Source: a candidate division GN15 bacterium | Lineage (GTDB): Bacteria; Zixibacteria; MSB-5A5; GN15; FEB-12 | Reading direction: 5' to 3' | Length of the DNA: 52,076 bases | Assembly: GCA_014727815.1 (NCBI GenBank) | Contig: WJMS01000015.1 | Coordinates: 1-52,076, forward strand | Shown: one piece after another, positions 1 through 9,054 of the stretch | How the letters are laid out: each line of letters begins with the position of its first letter | Position numbering within the stretch: position 1 is the first letter of the stretch | The notes under the pieces: model-generated | Databases searched by the model: none | The model's input: only the letters and a program-made list of their open reading frames with translations | What the model was told of the DNA's origin: nothing | Program-made: the position numbers and the translations under genes

Positions 1-2
1 CG

Positions 3-1046
3 ATCGACACCCAGTTTGCGGTGGCGACGGTGGCGACGGGAATTATCGGCGCTGTGACGTTCTGGGGCTCGCTGGTCGCATTCGGCAAGCTCCAGGGGAT
101 CATCGGCGACGCGGCGGTGCTGTTTGCCGGGCAGAAATATCTCAATGCGATACTGGCATTGGTGGCGATCGCGCTGGCGGTCATGGTCGGGTTTGATCCG
201 AACCAGACGACGATGTTCTGGATCATGATCGGGATAGCCTCGGTGCTCGGGATTACCCTGGTCATCCCGATCGGTGGCGCGGATATGCCGGTGGTGATTG
301 CGCTGTTGAACTCCTACTCCGGTCTTGCGGCCGCGGCGACCGGGTTTGTGCTCGACAACAACGTGCTGATCATCTCCGGTTCGCTGGTTGGCGCCTCGGG
401 GCTGATCCTGACCAATATCATGTGCAAGGCGATGAACCGGTCGCTGACCAATGTACTGTTCGGTGTGCTGGGACCCTCGGCCGAGGGCGCCTCGGCTGAT
501 GATGTCTACGCCGGGAAGGTCAAGGCGACCTCGGCTGAAGAAGTGGCCATGCTTTTTGACGGCGCCCAGCGGGCAATCATCGTGCCGGGTTACGGTATGG
601 CAGTGGCGCAGGCGCAGCACGCGGTGCGTGACCTGACGAACCTGCTCGAGTCGCGAGGGGTCGAGGTCGACTTTGCCATCCACCCGGTGGCCGGTCGTAT
701 GCCCGGACACATGAATGTGCTGCTGGCCGAGGCAAATGTCTCCTACGACAAGCTCAAGGAGATGGATGAGGTCAACCCGACGTTCGCCCAGACCGATGTA
801 GCTATCGTGATTGGCGCGAATGACGTGGTCAATCCGGTGGCGCGCACCGATCCACAGTCGCCGATTGCGGGGATGCCGATTCTCGATGTCGACAAGGCGC
901 GGACGGTGGTGGTGATCAAGCGCAGCCTCTCCCCCGGTTTTGCCGGTATTCCCAACCCGCTGTTTGCCGCCGACAATACGCTGATGTTTTTTGCCGACGG
1001 CAAGAAGGCGGTGCTGGAGATGGTTGCGGCGATCAAGGAGTCATAG
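3..1046 (+). CDS. pntB: NAD(P)+ transhydrogenase beta subunit (5'-truncated by window edge)
   Basis: GGADMPVVIALLNSYSG, VPGYGMAVAQAQH, HPVAGRMPGHMNVLLAEA and GANDVVNP motifs; the frame is open back to the window start. Confidence 0.97.
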   Translation: MDTQFAVATVATGIIGAVTFWGSLVAFGKLQGIIGDAAVLFAGQKYLNAILALVAIALAVMVGFDPNQTTMFWIMIGIASVLGITLVIPIGGADMPVVIALLNSYSGLAAAATGFVLDNNVLIISGSLVGASGLILTNIMCKAMNRSLTNVLFGVLGPSAEGASADDVYAGKVKATSAEEVAMLFDGAQRAIIVPGYGMAVAQAQHAVRDLTNLLESRGVEVDFAIHPVAGRMPGHMNVLLAEANVSYDKLKEMDEVNPTFAQTDVAIVIGANDVVNPVARTDPQSPIAGMPILDVDKARTVVVIKRSLSPGFAGIPNPLFAADNTLMFFADGKKAVLEMVAAIKES

Positions 1047-1074
1047 CTCGTCACACAGTGTTTCGACTGTCGAA

Positions 1075-1103
1075 GAGCCCTCGCTGTCGCGGGGGCTTTT
1101 TTT
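1075..1103 (+). terminator. Rho-independent terminator after pntB
   Basis: agccctcgc-tgtc-gcgggggct stem (one G:U pair) followed by a T run. Confidence 0.8.
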
Positions 1104-1587
1104 ATGGGGACGATGTGAAATGGGTGCACGGCCGGGGGGCCCGATGGAATCGATCGCGTTGTTTCCACCGGTGAAGTCGACACAGCTGAAACGAGGTCAG
1201 ACTGAGCAGGCGTAAGCTTCGACCTCAGCCACCCCGACCGCAACCTTCCATGCTGCTATCCATCTCCCGTAGATCGAGTGATAAGACAGCGTTCCCGCCG
1301 GTTCGGCTGCGCTGCTCCGATTTCCCTGGCCTTTCGGCCAGAACAGCGCGACCACTTCAGAACGACAGAAGCGAACAACCGAAGACGGTGGCGGGACGAA
1401 CCGTCGGCGCCGGTACTGAGGGAAACCGGCAACGGGTGTTCACACGCTCCTGTCCATCGTATAGACGATACCGGATCGATTTTGTTTGCTACAATCGGTG
1501 CATGTGGCGACGGCCCATCGCCGGGGATGACGATGGGCCGTGCCGTGGGAGAGATACTAACGATGCACTGGAGGATACAGGGCCTTG

Positions 1588-2967
1588 TCAACTATCTGTC
1601 GAGCTTTTCGGTGACTCATCGGTGTGACCGTTGTCATAATGGCCGACCAGACGGATGGGATTGCCGGACATGTCGGTGACGACCTCGAGACGGAAGAAAT
1701 CGACCTCGTCGAACCAGAAGAGCGTCTCGGACATCGGTTGCGCTTTCATTTTCGGGTTATCGCCGCGCTGATACCAGAGCGAACCGTCTTCAACCCACAG
1801 CCGTCGCTCGCCGTACTCCCCGGCATAGGTGGCCAGAAGTTCGGGGTCGACCGAAACCGGGTTGAGTTTCGCGTCCAGGCCGGTCACGGTCCAGTCGAGC
1901 GCAAACGCCTGATTGGGATCCTTCGCGTCTTCCCGCAGTTTCTTCAGCGCTTCGAAATAGGCTTTATCCAGCGCCTTGTCGGCGTCTATTTCGATGTGGG
2001 GGGTGACACCGGCCCCTTCCCAATTGGTTCCGGAGATCGGGTTGATGGCCCGACCGAACGGAACAGCCATCTTGACGTGAACATTCGGGAAAACGTGACC
2101 ATCGACAGGGTGCGCCCCCCCGCCGGTGGCTTCACCGACGAGAGTGGCGCGCTCCAGATTCTTGAGATTGTAGGAAAACTCTTCGGCGCCGGAAAAAGTA
2201 TAGTCACTGGTCAGGACATACAGGTCGACATCGCTCAACCGCGGGCCGTCGACATGGGAGGCAGTCCAGAACTGCTTGATCGAGTCGGTCTCCCGGATAT
2301 AAAAGCTGTTGAGATGGACCGGCTCGTCGAAGAAGTAGCTCGTGATCAACTGGATCAACGAGGGTGAGCCGCCGCCATTCTCTCTCAGGTCGACAATCAG
2401 GGCATCGCAGTTGGCGAGGAAATTCATGGCGGCGACCGCAGTCGGGCCGGCCAGGGAGGCATCGACAAACTGGTTGAACTTCAGATAGCCGACATTGCCG
2501 GGCATGATCTCGAGCTTTTTGAACTTGTAGTTGTCACGCGCCATCCGTTCCCGCATTTCCTGGCGGTGTTTCTGCTTTTCCGCCTCGGTCGGTTCCGCCT
2601 GCGAGTAGCGAGCGACTTCCTGCGGCGACATGACACCAACCCTCAGGTGGCGGTCGTGGCAGATCTCGCGCAGGTCGTTGGTCAGAGCTTCGGTGAAGGC
2701 AGCAACAGTGGCGTAGTCCTTATACTTGCCCTGGTTGAGGTTCTTGCGAACGTACTGCTCCATCTCTTTGGCAACGTCGGGAAACACGTAGTAGTCGTTC
2801 AGGGCAGTTGTAATCGAGTCGACAATCTCGGCCCGCATGGCGTCGTCGCAGGCGATTGGTTCCGGACCGGCCGGCTGCTGGGCGTATGTTGCCAGGGATA
2901 GAAGTATTGCAGCGAGGACGATCATTGACGTCCGGACAAAGTTACTATACATGTCTTTCTGATACAT
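1588..2967 (-). CDS. Secreted S41-family peptidase (IRBP/tricorn-like)
   Basis: GYLKF, DLRENGGG, TFSGAE (catalytic Ser) and GEATGGG motifs; N-terminal signal peptide; start moved to ATG 2967, which has a GGAGG RBS. Confidence 0.88.
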   Translation of the reverse strand: MYQKDMYSNFVRTSMIVLAAILLSLATYAQQPAGPEPIACDDAMRAEIVDSITTALNDYYVFPDVAKEMEQYVRKNLNQGKYKDYATVAAFTEALTNDLREICHDRHLRVGVMSPQEVARYSQAEPTEAEKQKHRQEMRERMARDNYKFKKLEIMPGNVGYLKFNQFVDASLAGPTAVAAMNFLANCDALIVDLRENGGGSPSLIQLITSYFFDEPVHLNSFYIRETDSIKQFWTASHVDGPRLSDVDLYVLTSDYTFSGAEEFSYNLKNLERATLVGEATGGGAHPVDGHVFPNVHVKMAVPFGRAINPISGTNWEGAGVTPHIEIDADKALDKAYFEALKKLREDAKDPNQAFALDWTVTGLDAKLNPVSVDPELLATYAGEYGERRLWVEDGSLWYQRGDNPKMKAQPMSETLFWFDEVDFFRLEVVTDMSGNPIRLVGHYDNGHTDESPKSSTDS

Positions 2968-3004
2968 CTCCACTTTCCTCCTCTGGAAGAATTGTCTTGT
3001 CACG

Positions 3005-3502
3005 TCAGCCGTGTCGGGGTGCGGCACTGAGTGTCTCGGCGACCCGCACATACATTTCGCGCCGATCGAGGGCCGCCTCGAGCTGATCGAGGGCCGCGAG
3101 CACATCGGCATCAGCCTCGGCCAGCCATCCCGCGGTCTGACCGGCGACTGCGTGCCAGACCGGCTGCAGCCGCTCGTGCAGGCGGCGACCGCGAGCGGTC
3201 AACGACAGCAGGCGGCGGCGCTCATCGTGCCGATCTCGTTTGGAGGCGATCAGTCCCGCGCGGGTCATGGCGCCGACAATCTGGTTGACCGCCGGGTGGG
3301 TCATGCCGAGTCGATCGGCGGCCTCAGTCACGGAAAGCGGGGCTTCCTCGGCCAACAGGTAGAGCATCAAAAACCAGCGGGCCTCGAAGTCGGTGTCGAG
3401 TTCGGCGTAGATGCGCGAGATATCGCGGTAGAGACGGTCGCTGAGGCGTTTGAAGCGGCTGGCCACAGCCAGCGGGCCGAGTTGGCGGACGAGGTCGGTC
3501 AT
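3005..3502 (-). CDS. MarR-family transcriptional regulator
   Basis: Winged-HTH pattern LSVTEAADRLGMTHPAVNQIV...DERRRLLSLT. Confidence 0.9.
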   Translation of the reverse strand: MTDLVRQLGPLAVASRFKRLSDRLYRDISRIYAELDTDFEARWFLMLYLLAEEAPLSVTEAADRLGMTHPAVNQIVGAMTRAGLIASKRDRHDERRRLLSLTARGRRLHERLQPVWHAVAGQTAGWLAEADADVLAALDQLEAALDRREMYVRVAETLSAAPRHG

Positions 3503-3539
3503 CTGGATACGGCTCCCTGATTGGGGTGTGTTGACAGAT

Positions 3540-3561
3540 TTTACGTAAGCGCTTACATAAA
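3540..3561. promoter_or_regulatory. 22-bp inverted repeat, probable MarR operator in the divergent promoter region
   Basis: tttacgtaagc|gcttacataaa (one mismatch), about 40 bp upstream of marR and directly after a TTGACA at 3531-3536. Confidence 0.65.
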
Positions 3562-3709
3562 TGTTTCACGCAGGTCGGCCCGAAGCGGAAAAAAAGTTGT
3601 GTCGCCAGTGTCGCGGCGACTATAGTAGAGCTGGTTGTCGCGCCGAGAGCGCCAAACCGGCAGCGATTGCCCCACCACCAGCACCGACACCATACACGCG
3701 AGGCTGTGA

Positions 3710-5044
3710 TTGGAAGCATTTGACAACTTCTGGGCCGAGGCGGTCGATCTTGCCTGGGGCATGCCCCTGGTTATCTTGCTGATCGGCGCGGGGCTGCTGT
3801 TTTCTATCCTGAGCAAGGCTCTTCCCCTGCGCGCCTGGCGTCACTCGATCGACATCATGCGCGGCAAGTTCGATAATCCGCATGAGCCGGGCGAAATCAG
3901 TCATTTTCAGGCGCTGACATCGGCGCTGTCGGCGACGCTCGGGATGGGGAATATCGCCGGGGTGGCGGTGGCGATCACGATGGGGGGGCCGGGATCGTTG
4001 TTCTGGATGTGGATTGCCGGTTTGGTGGGCATGGCCACCAAGTATTTCACCTGTACGCTGGCGGTCCTGCATCGCAAGAAGGACAGCCGCGGGGTCGATC
4101 AGGGCGGGCCGATGTATTATCTCGAGGTGGGGCTCGGGAAGTGGTTCAAGCCGCTGTCGATTGTCTTTTCGATCTGCGGGATGATCGGCTGCCTGGCGTT
4201 GTTCCAGATCAATCAGCTTTCGGGGCTGCTGGAGAGCGACTACGATATCAACCCGCTGATCACCGGGACGGTGTGCATGTTCCTGGTAGGTGCGGTTATT
4301 CTCGGCGGCATCATTCGGGTGGGCAAGGTCACCGAGAAGACGGTGCCGGCGATGTTCATCCTGTATGTGACCTGCGCGATTATTATCATTATCTCGAATT
4401 ACCAGCAGGTGCCGGATGTGATCTATTCGATCTTCAGCACGGCGTTTGGCGGCGAATCGTTGATCGGGGCCGGCACGGGCCTGGCGGTGCGCGAGGTGAT
4501 TGTCACCGGTGTCAAGCGGGCGGCGTTCTCGAATGAGGCGGGAATCGGGACGGCGCCGATGGCCCACGGCGCGGCCAAGACGAGCGAGCCGGTACGCGAG
4601 GGGCTGATTGCAATGCTCGGACCGTTTCTGGACACCAACGTTGTGTGCACGCTGACGGGGTTGGTGTTGCTGACGACCGGCGTGGCGGCCAACGAAGATG
4701 GTGTCGTGATGACGGCCAACGCGTTTGATGTCGGGTTGGGGATGTTCGGGCGGTTGGCGCTGACGGTTATCATCCTGCTGTTTTCGATTACGACGATGAT
4801 CTCGTACTCATACTACAGCCTGAAGTGTGCCAAGTACTTGTTTGGCGAGAAGATCGGGCAGCAGTATGTTTACATTTACCTGATTACCTTTCCCCTGGCG
4901 GCCGTGCTGAATCCTGGGACGGTCGTGAATATTATCGACACGTGTTTCGCATTGATGGCCGTGCCAACGTTGACGGGGGCGCTGTTGCTCTCGCCCCACG
5001 TGCTTCGGGCGACACGGGACTATTTCAGGCGGATGAACCTGTAG
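3710..5044 (+). CDS. Alanine/glycine:cation symporter (AGCS family)
   Basis: ALSATLGMGNIAGVA, GGPGSLFWMW, GGPMYY and FSNEAGIGTAP motifs; many TM segments. Confidence 0.95.
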   Translation: MEAFDNFWAEAVDLAWGMPLVILLIGAGLLFSILSKALPLRAWRHSIDIMRGKFDNPHEPGEISHFQALTSALSATLGMGNIAGVAVAITMGGPGSLFWMWIAGLVGMATKYFTCTLAVLHRKKDSRGVDQGGPMYYLEVGLGKWFKPLSIVFSICGMIGCLALFQINQLSGLLESDYDINPLITGTVCMFLVGAVILGGIIRVGKVTEKTVPAMFILYVTCAIIIIISNYQQVPDVIYSIFSTAFGGESLIGAGTGLAVREVIVTGVKRAAFSNEAGIGTAPMAHGAAKTSEPVREGLIAMLGPFLDTNVVCTLTGLVLLTTGVAANEDGVVMTANAFDVGLGMFGRLALTVIILLFSITTMISYSYYSLKCAKYLFGEKIGQQYVYIYLITFPLAAVLNPGTVVNIIDTCFALMAVPTLTGALLLSPHVLRATRDYFRRMNL

Positions 5045-5609
5045 GCCTGTCGGGTGGCGAGCCGAAGGTGAAGGCGCCGGGGAAGTCCGGCTCGGCTTCT
5101 TTCTTTTTTCCGGTCCAGTAATCGATATCGAGGCGGTAGACGGCGATCCGGCTGAGATCGTTGTCCGTGACCGGGAGATAGTCTTCTCCCTCGACCAGGT
5201 GCGGGAAGTACTTGTGGTTGAGCTGCGCCATGGCGTGGCGGCGTTCGGTGAGGTCATCGACTACGCGGATGCGGCCAAAGGCAACGACTGACGCAAACTC
5301 CACACTAAACTCGGCGGCGATTTCGGCGGGCAGCAGGCGGCCCATGCTTGCGGCAGTGAAGGCACATCGGCTGCCCGGAGTATCGCGAACGGCGGTCACG
5401 AGTGTGCCGGTCGGGGCGGAATGGAAGTAGATGGCGTGGGTGTCGGGATCGTAGACGAAGGTGTTGGTCACCGGGTATGGCGCGCCCTCGCGGAGGACAG
5501 CCGTGGTGCCGAACGGCGCGGTTGCGATGAACTGCCGGATCCAGGTATCGTCACGGGCGCGGTCTTTGCGGCGCATGGCCGGATAGGCGCGGTCATCGGA
5601 TCCGGCCAC
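5025..5609 (-). CDS. Pyridoxamine 5'-phosphate oxidase-like flavin-binding protein (NimA-like)
   Basis: MRRKDR start, IYFHSA..G, SVVAFG, WTGKKK; GTG start overlaps the TAG of the upstream Lrp gene. Confidence 0.85.
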   Translation of the reverse strand: MAGSDDRAYPAMRRKDRARDDTWIRQFIATAPFGTTAVLREGAPYPVTNTFVYDPDTHAIYFHSAPTGTLVTAVRDTPGSRCAFTAASMGRLLPAEIAAEFSVEFASVVAFGRIRVVDDLTERRHAMAQLNHKYFPHLVEGEDYLPVTDNDLSRIAVYRLDIDYWTGKKKEAEPDFPGAFTFGSPPDRPTGSSA

Positions 5610-6091
5610 TACTTCTTCCCTTTGGACTGGTTTTTGAGATGATCGAGCGGCAGCTTGGCGGTTTCCTTGTAGGTCTCCATGACAATGGTCGTGCGGGTGG
5701 AGACGATGGTTTTGATGCGGCCGATCGGGTCGCGCAGCAGATGTGACAGGGCGGGAGTATCTTTCACCCGCACTTTGATAAGATAACAGTCTTCGCCGGC
5801 GATATTGTGCACTTCCTGTACCTGCGGGATTCGGACCAGTTCCTCGGCTGTTTCATCGGAGCCGACCGGTTCGTTGGTGCGGACGTAGATGTAGGCAGTG
5901 AGAGCGAGGTCTATCCCATCGGCATCGATTCTGGCTTCGTAGCCGCGCACGATGCCGCGTTCCTCGAGTTTGCGCATCCGTTCCCCCACGGCCGAGGTAG
6001 CCATACCGATTTTGCGGGCGATGGTGGAACTGGGGATGCGGGCGTTTTGCTGCAGGTAGGTCAGGATTTTGCGGTCGGTCTCATCGATCAT
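5609..6091 (-). CDS. Lrp/AsnC-family transcriptional regulator
   Basis: MIDETDRKILTYLQQNAR...LEERGIVRGY...IAGEDCYLIKV; ATG 6091 with a GGAGGAG RBS. Confidence 0.93.
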   Translation of the reverse strand: MIDETDRKILTYLQQNARIPSSTIARKIGMATSAVGERMRKLEERGIVRGYEARIDADGIDLALTAYIYVRTNEPVGSDETAEELVRIPQVQEVHNIAGEDCYLIKVRVKDTPALSHLLRDPIGRIKTIVSTRTTIVMETYKETAKLPLDHLKNQSKGKK

Positions 6092-6236
6092 CGGAACGTG
6101 TCTCCTCCATTGGCTTGCCGTAGTAAACAGCGAAGGCGGCGGTGGGGCAATTGGATTTTTCATTGTCGCGCGGGCACGAATCGACGGGGCGTTTCGCAAA
6201 AACAGCGCATCATAGACCAGAAATGCGACAATTTGC

Positions 6237-6265
6237 TTGACAGCATCGACTGTTTTGCCTACGAT
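6237..6265 (+). promoter_or_regulatory. sigma70-type promoter of the cytochrome operon
   Basis: TTGACA (6237-6242), 17 bp spacer, TACGAT (6260-6265), about 80 bp upstream of the ATG at 6348. Confidence 0.7.
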
Positions 6266-6347
6266 AGTCGAAGACAACTCTCCAGCCATGTTTTGCCGCG
6301 GACATGCTGAGCATCAGCCGTTAACCCACCTGAAAGGAGCTTCAGGC

Positions 6348-7748
6348 ATGGCAAGCATTTCCCCTCCCAACCAGGACAGCAGACGTGTGTTTCCCCGGGG
6401 TATCTGGGCTGCCGTCGTTATGTGCATGGTATGTCTCGCAATTGTCGCCGTTGGCGTGTATGCGAGCGACGGCGCGCCGGCGGCGGGAACGTATTCGTAC
6501 GATGAGTTTGAGACCCCGGAGTTTTGTGGGACCTCGTGCCACACCGATCTCTATGTCCAGTGGACGCAGGCGATGATGTCGCATGCGTATACGCACCATT
6601 GGGATGAGATCGAGTACTTTGAACTGGCGGTCCCGCATGCCGAGAAGGACGAGAAAGTGGCTGAGGTGAAGGCCGGTTGCAACGGTTGCCACTCGCCGCT
6701 GGCCTATCTCAATGGTGGTTTTCCGCCGCCGCGGCCGGCTGAAAACAGCCGGGCGAACGAGAGTGTTTCCTGCGAGGTCTGCCACAATATCACCGGCATT
6801 ACACAGGATACGGCGTACAATTTCAACTTTGTCTGGGATCCGGGTGACACCAAGTACGGTCCCCGCGCCACCGGCGAGTCGCCGGCGCACGAGATGGCCA
6901 AGTCGGAGTTTTTGGCGACGACCGAGCTGTGTGGCGGGTGTCACAATGAGAAGAGTCCCTACGGCGTGTGGGTGAAGTCGACGCAGCTGGAGTGGCTTGA
7001 GGGGCCGTACGCCGAGGAAGATGTGCGCTGTCACGACTGCCATATGACGTACGGCAAGATGGCGACCGCGTCGATGGGACCGGTGTATGATGATGCCCGG
7101 CTGCACCTTTTTCACGGCGCCCATGACAAGGGCAAGCTGCGGGGAGTGGTTGAGATCCGCCTCTACCCGGATATCCAGGAAGCCGTTCCGGGAGACCGGG
7201 TGAAGTTCACGGTGACCCTGTTCAATCAGAAGACCGGTCACAAATTCCCGACCGGGTCGGTTGAAGACCGGCTTGTCTGGCTGCATCTGGAGGCGACGGA
7301 CGCCGACGGCACCGTTTACCATCTGCCGGTCGACAAGAAGGGTTTCGAGGGCGAAGAGTATACGATTGGTGACTCGGTGCTGGCCTACCAGGATATGGGA
7401 ATTGCTCTCGATCGGCCGAATTTCGAGGGCGTCCAGCGTGACGGGATTCCGGTTGGGGATCGCATATTCCGCATGCCGTATTTCGATCCGCAGGGTCGGA
7501 TGACGATTCAGCAGTGGAACACGGCGTCGCTGGGGGTAGACTACCGCTTCGCACCGCGCGAGACCAAGGTGGAGACCTACACGTTTGATATCCCCTTCGA
7601 GGTCCCTGCCGGCGAGTTGACGGTGACCGCGAAGCTCAACTACCAGTTGCTGGTCAAACCGGTTGCGGACTTCCTCGATGTACCTGCCGAGGAGTCTGAG
7701 CCGTTTGTCGTGAATGAACAATCGACCACCCTGACTATCTTGCCGTAA
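6348..7748 (+). CDS. Exported multiheme c-type cytochrome (c554/c552-like N-domain; 4 CxxCH plus 1 CxxxCH)
   Basis: CGTSCH, CNGCH, CEVCH, CGGCH, CHDCH; hydrophobic signal peptide; NQKTGHKFPTG motif in the C-terminal beta domain; AAGGAG RBS before ATG 6348. Confidence 0.9.
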   Translation: MASISPPNQDSRRVFPRGIWAAVVMCMVCLAIVAVGVYASDGAPAAGTYSYDEFETPEFCGTSCHTDLYVQWTQAMMSHAYTHHWDEIEYFELAVPHAEKDEKVAEVKAGCNGCHSPLAYLNGGFPPPRPAENSRANESVSCEVCHNITGITQDTAYNFNFVWDPGDTKYGPRATGESPAHEMAKSEFLATTELCGGCHNEKSPYGVWVKSTQLEWLEGPYAEEDVRCHDCHMTYGKMATASMGPVYDDARLHLFHGAHDKGKLRGVVEIRLYPDIQEAVPGDRVKFTVTLFNQKTGHKFPTGSVEDRLVWLHLEATDADGTVYHLPVDKKGFEGEEYTIGDSVLAYQDMGIALDRPNFEGVQRDGIPVGDRIFRMPYFDPQGRMTIQQWNTASLGVDYRFAPRETKVETYTFDIPFEVPAGELTVTAKLNYQLLVKPVADFLDVPAEESEPFVVNEQSTTLTILP

Positions 7749-7763
7749 CGGGAGGCTGCATAC

Positions 7764-8951
7764 ATGAAGAAGACGATAGCTATATCATCGATCGCCGGCG
7801 CGCTGCTGCTGGCCCTCAGTCTGGCTTTGCTGACACCGCCGCAGTCGGCGCAGGCGATTCCGGCCTTTGCACGAAAGTACCGGATGTCCTGCACGACCTG
7901 TCACGCGCCGTTCCCGAAGCTGAAGGCGTACGGGGATGAGTTCGCCGGAGACGGGTTCGTGTTGAAAGATCAGGATGCCCCGCGTTATTATGTCGAAACC
8001 GGTGATGAAAACCTGGATTTGATTCGCGACCTGCAGGCGGCTTTCCGACTGGAAGGTTTCGTCAAACACGAGACAAAGACCGATCAGGATGTGGACTTCA
8101 CGGCACCCTATAACCTGAAGTTCCTGTCGGGTGGAGCGTTGTCCGACCACCTGGCCTATTACTTCTACTTTTTCTTCAGCGAGCGCGGCGAGGTCGCGGG
8201 GATCGAGGACGCCTTCGTGATGTTCAACGACGTTTTCAATACCGAACTGGACATCTATCTCGGTCAGTACCAGGTTTCCGACCCGTTGTTCAAGCGCGAA
8301 CTTCGCCTGACCTATCAGGACTACCAGGTGTATCGGATGACACCCGGGGATTCGCGAGTTAATTTGACCTACGATCGGGGTGTAATGATGACCTGGGGGT
8401 TCGCCAACGGCCCGGGTTTCGTTTTCCAGATCCTCAACGGAAACGGTATCGGGGAGGCCAACGAGTTCCGGGTGTATGACGACGACAAGTACAAGAATTT
8501 CGCTTTGCATGCGTCGCAGGATGTCGGCGAGTTCGTCAATGTCGGCCTGTTCGGTTACTACGGCAAGGAGGCGGAGTCCGGGTACAAGAACGAGATGTGG
8601 ATGCTGGGACCGAATGGGACGATCGGCAACGACAAGATCGAGTTAAACGGTCAGTACATGCTTCGCCGCGACGACAATCCCTGGTTCACCGCCACCAAGC
8701 CATCGGATGAGATCGAGACGCAGGGTGGACTGGCCGAGGTTGTGTATATGCCGGACGGCGATCGCAGCACGTGGTACCTCACGGGGCTGTACAACTGGGT
8801 GGATTCCGACGATGACCTGGAAGACTACGAGGCCGTGACGGCCCATGTCGGCTGGGTGCTTCGCACCAATTTCCGGCTGATTGCCGAGAACACCTATGAT
8901 ATCGAACAGGAAGAGAACCAGTTCGTGGTCGGATTCATTTCGGCCTTTTGA
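7764..8951 (+). CDS. Cyc2-like outer-membrane monoheme cytochrome c-porin fusion
   Basis: Signal peptide, then AIPAFARKYRMSCTTCHAPFPKLKAYG..F...GF (Cyc2 N-terminal signature); amphipathic beta-strand body; C-terminal Phe. Confidence 0.8.
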   Translation: MKKTIAISSIAGALLLALSLALLTPPQSAQAIPAFARKYRMSCTTCHAPFPKLKAYGDEFAGDGFVLKDQDAPRYYVETGDENLDLIRDLQAAFRLEGFVKHETKTDQDVDFTAPYNLKFLSGGALSDHLAYYFYFFFSERGEVAGIEDAFVMFNDVFNTELDIYLGQYQVSDPLFKRELRLTYQDYQVYRMTPGDSRVNLTYDRGVMMTWGFANGPGFVFQILNGNGIGEANEFRVYDDDKYKNFALHASQDVGEFVNVGLFGYYGKEAESGYKNEMWMLGPNGTIGNDKIELNGQYMLRRDDNPWFTATKPSDEIETQGGLAEVVYMPDGDRSTWYLTGLYNWVDSDDDLEDYEAVTAHVGWVLRTNFRLIAENTYDIEQEENQFVVGFISAF

Positions 8952-8971
8952 CGTTCGAACCGTTTGATTCG

Positions 8972-9004
8972 AAAAGGCGGCTTGCCGGGCGAGCCGCCTT
9001 TTTT
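8972..9004 (+). terminator. Rho-independent terminator (A-tract/T-tract, potentially bidirectional)
   Basis: aaaaggcggcttgc-cgg-gcgagccgcctttttt. Confidence 0.88.
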
Positions 9005-9054
9005 CTAGCTTGCCTCGAACGCCTCTGCTGGCGACATTCGGGACAGGCTTACAT

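Noticed and set aside
1105-1587. ORFs of 111-133 aa and a possible riboswitch in the pntB-peptidase gap
   Set aside because: No recognisable motifs or RBS, the region lies between convergent 3' ends, and I could not match any riboswitch consensus.
6378-6398. SRRVF twin-arginine-like motif in the cytochrome leader
   Set aside because: Imperfect Tat consensus, and c-type cytochromes are normally Sec-exported before heme attachment.
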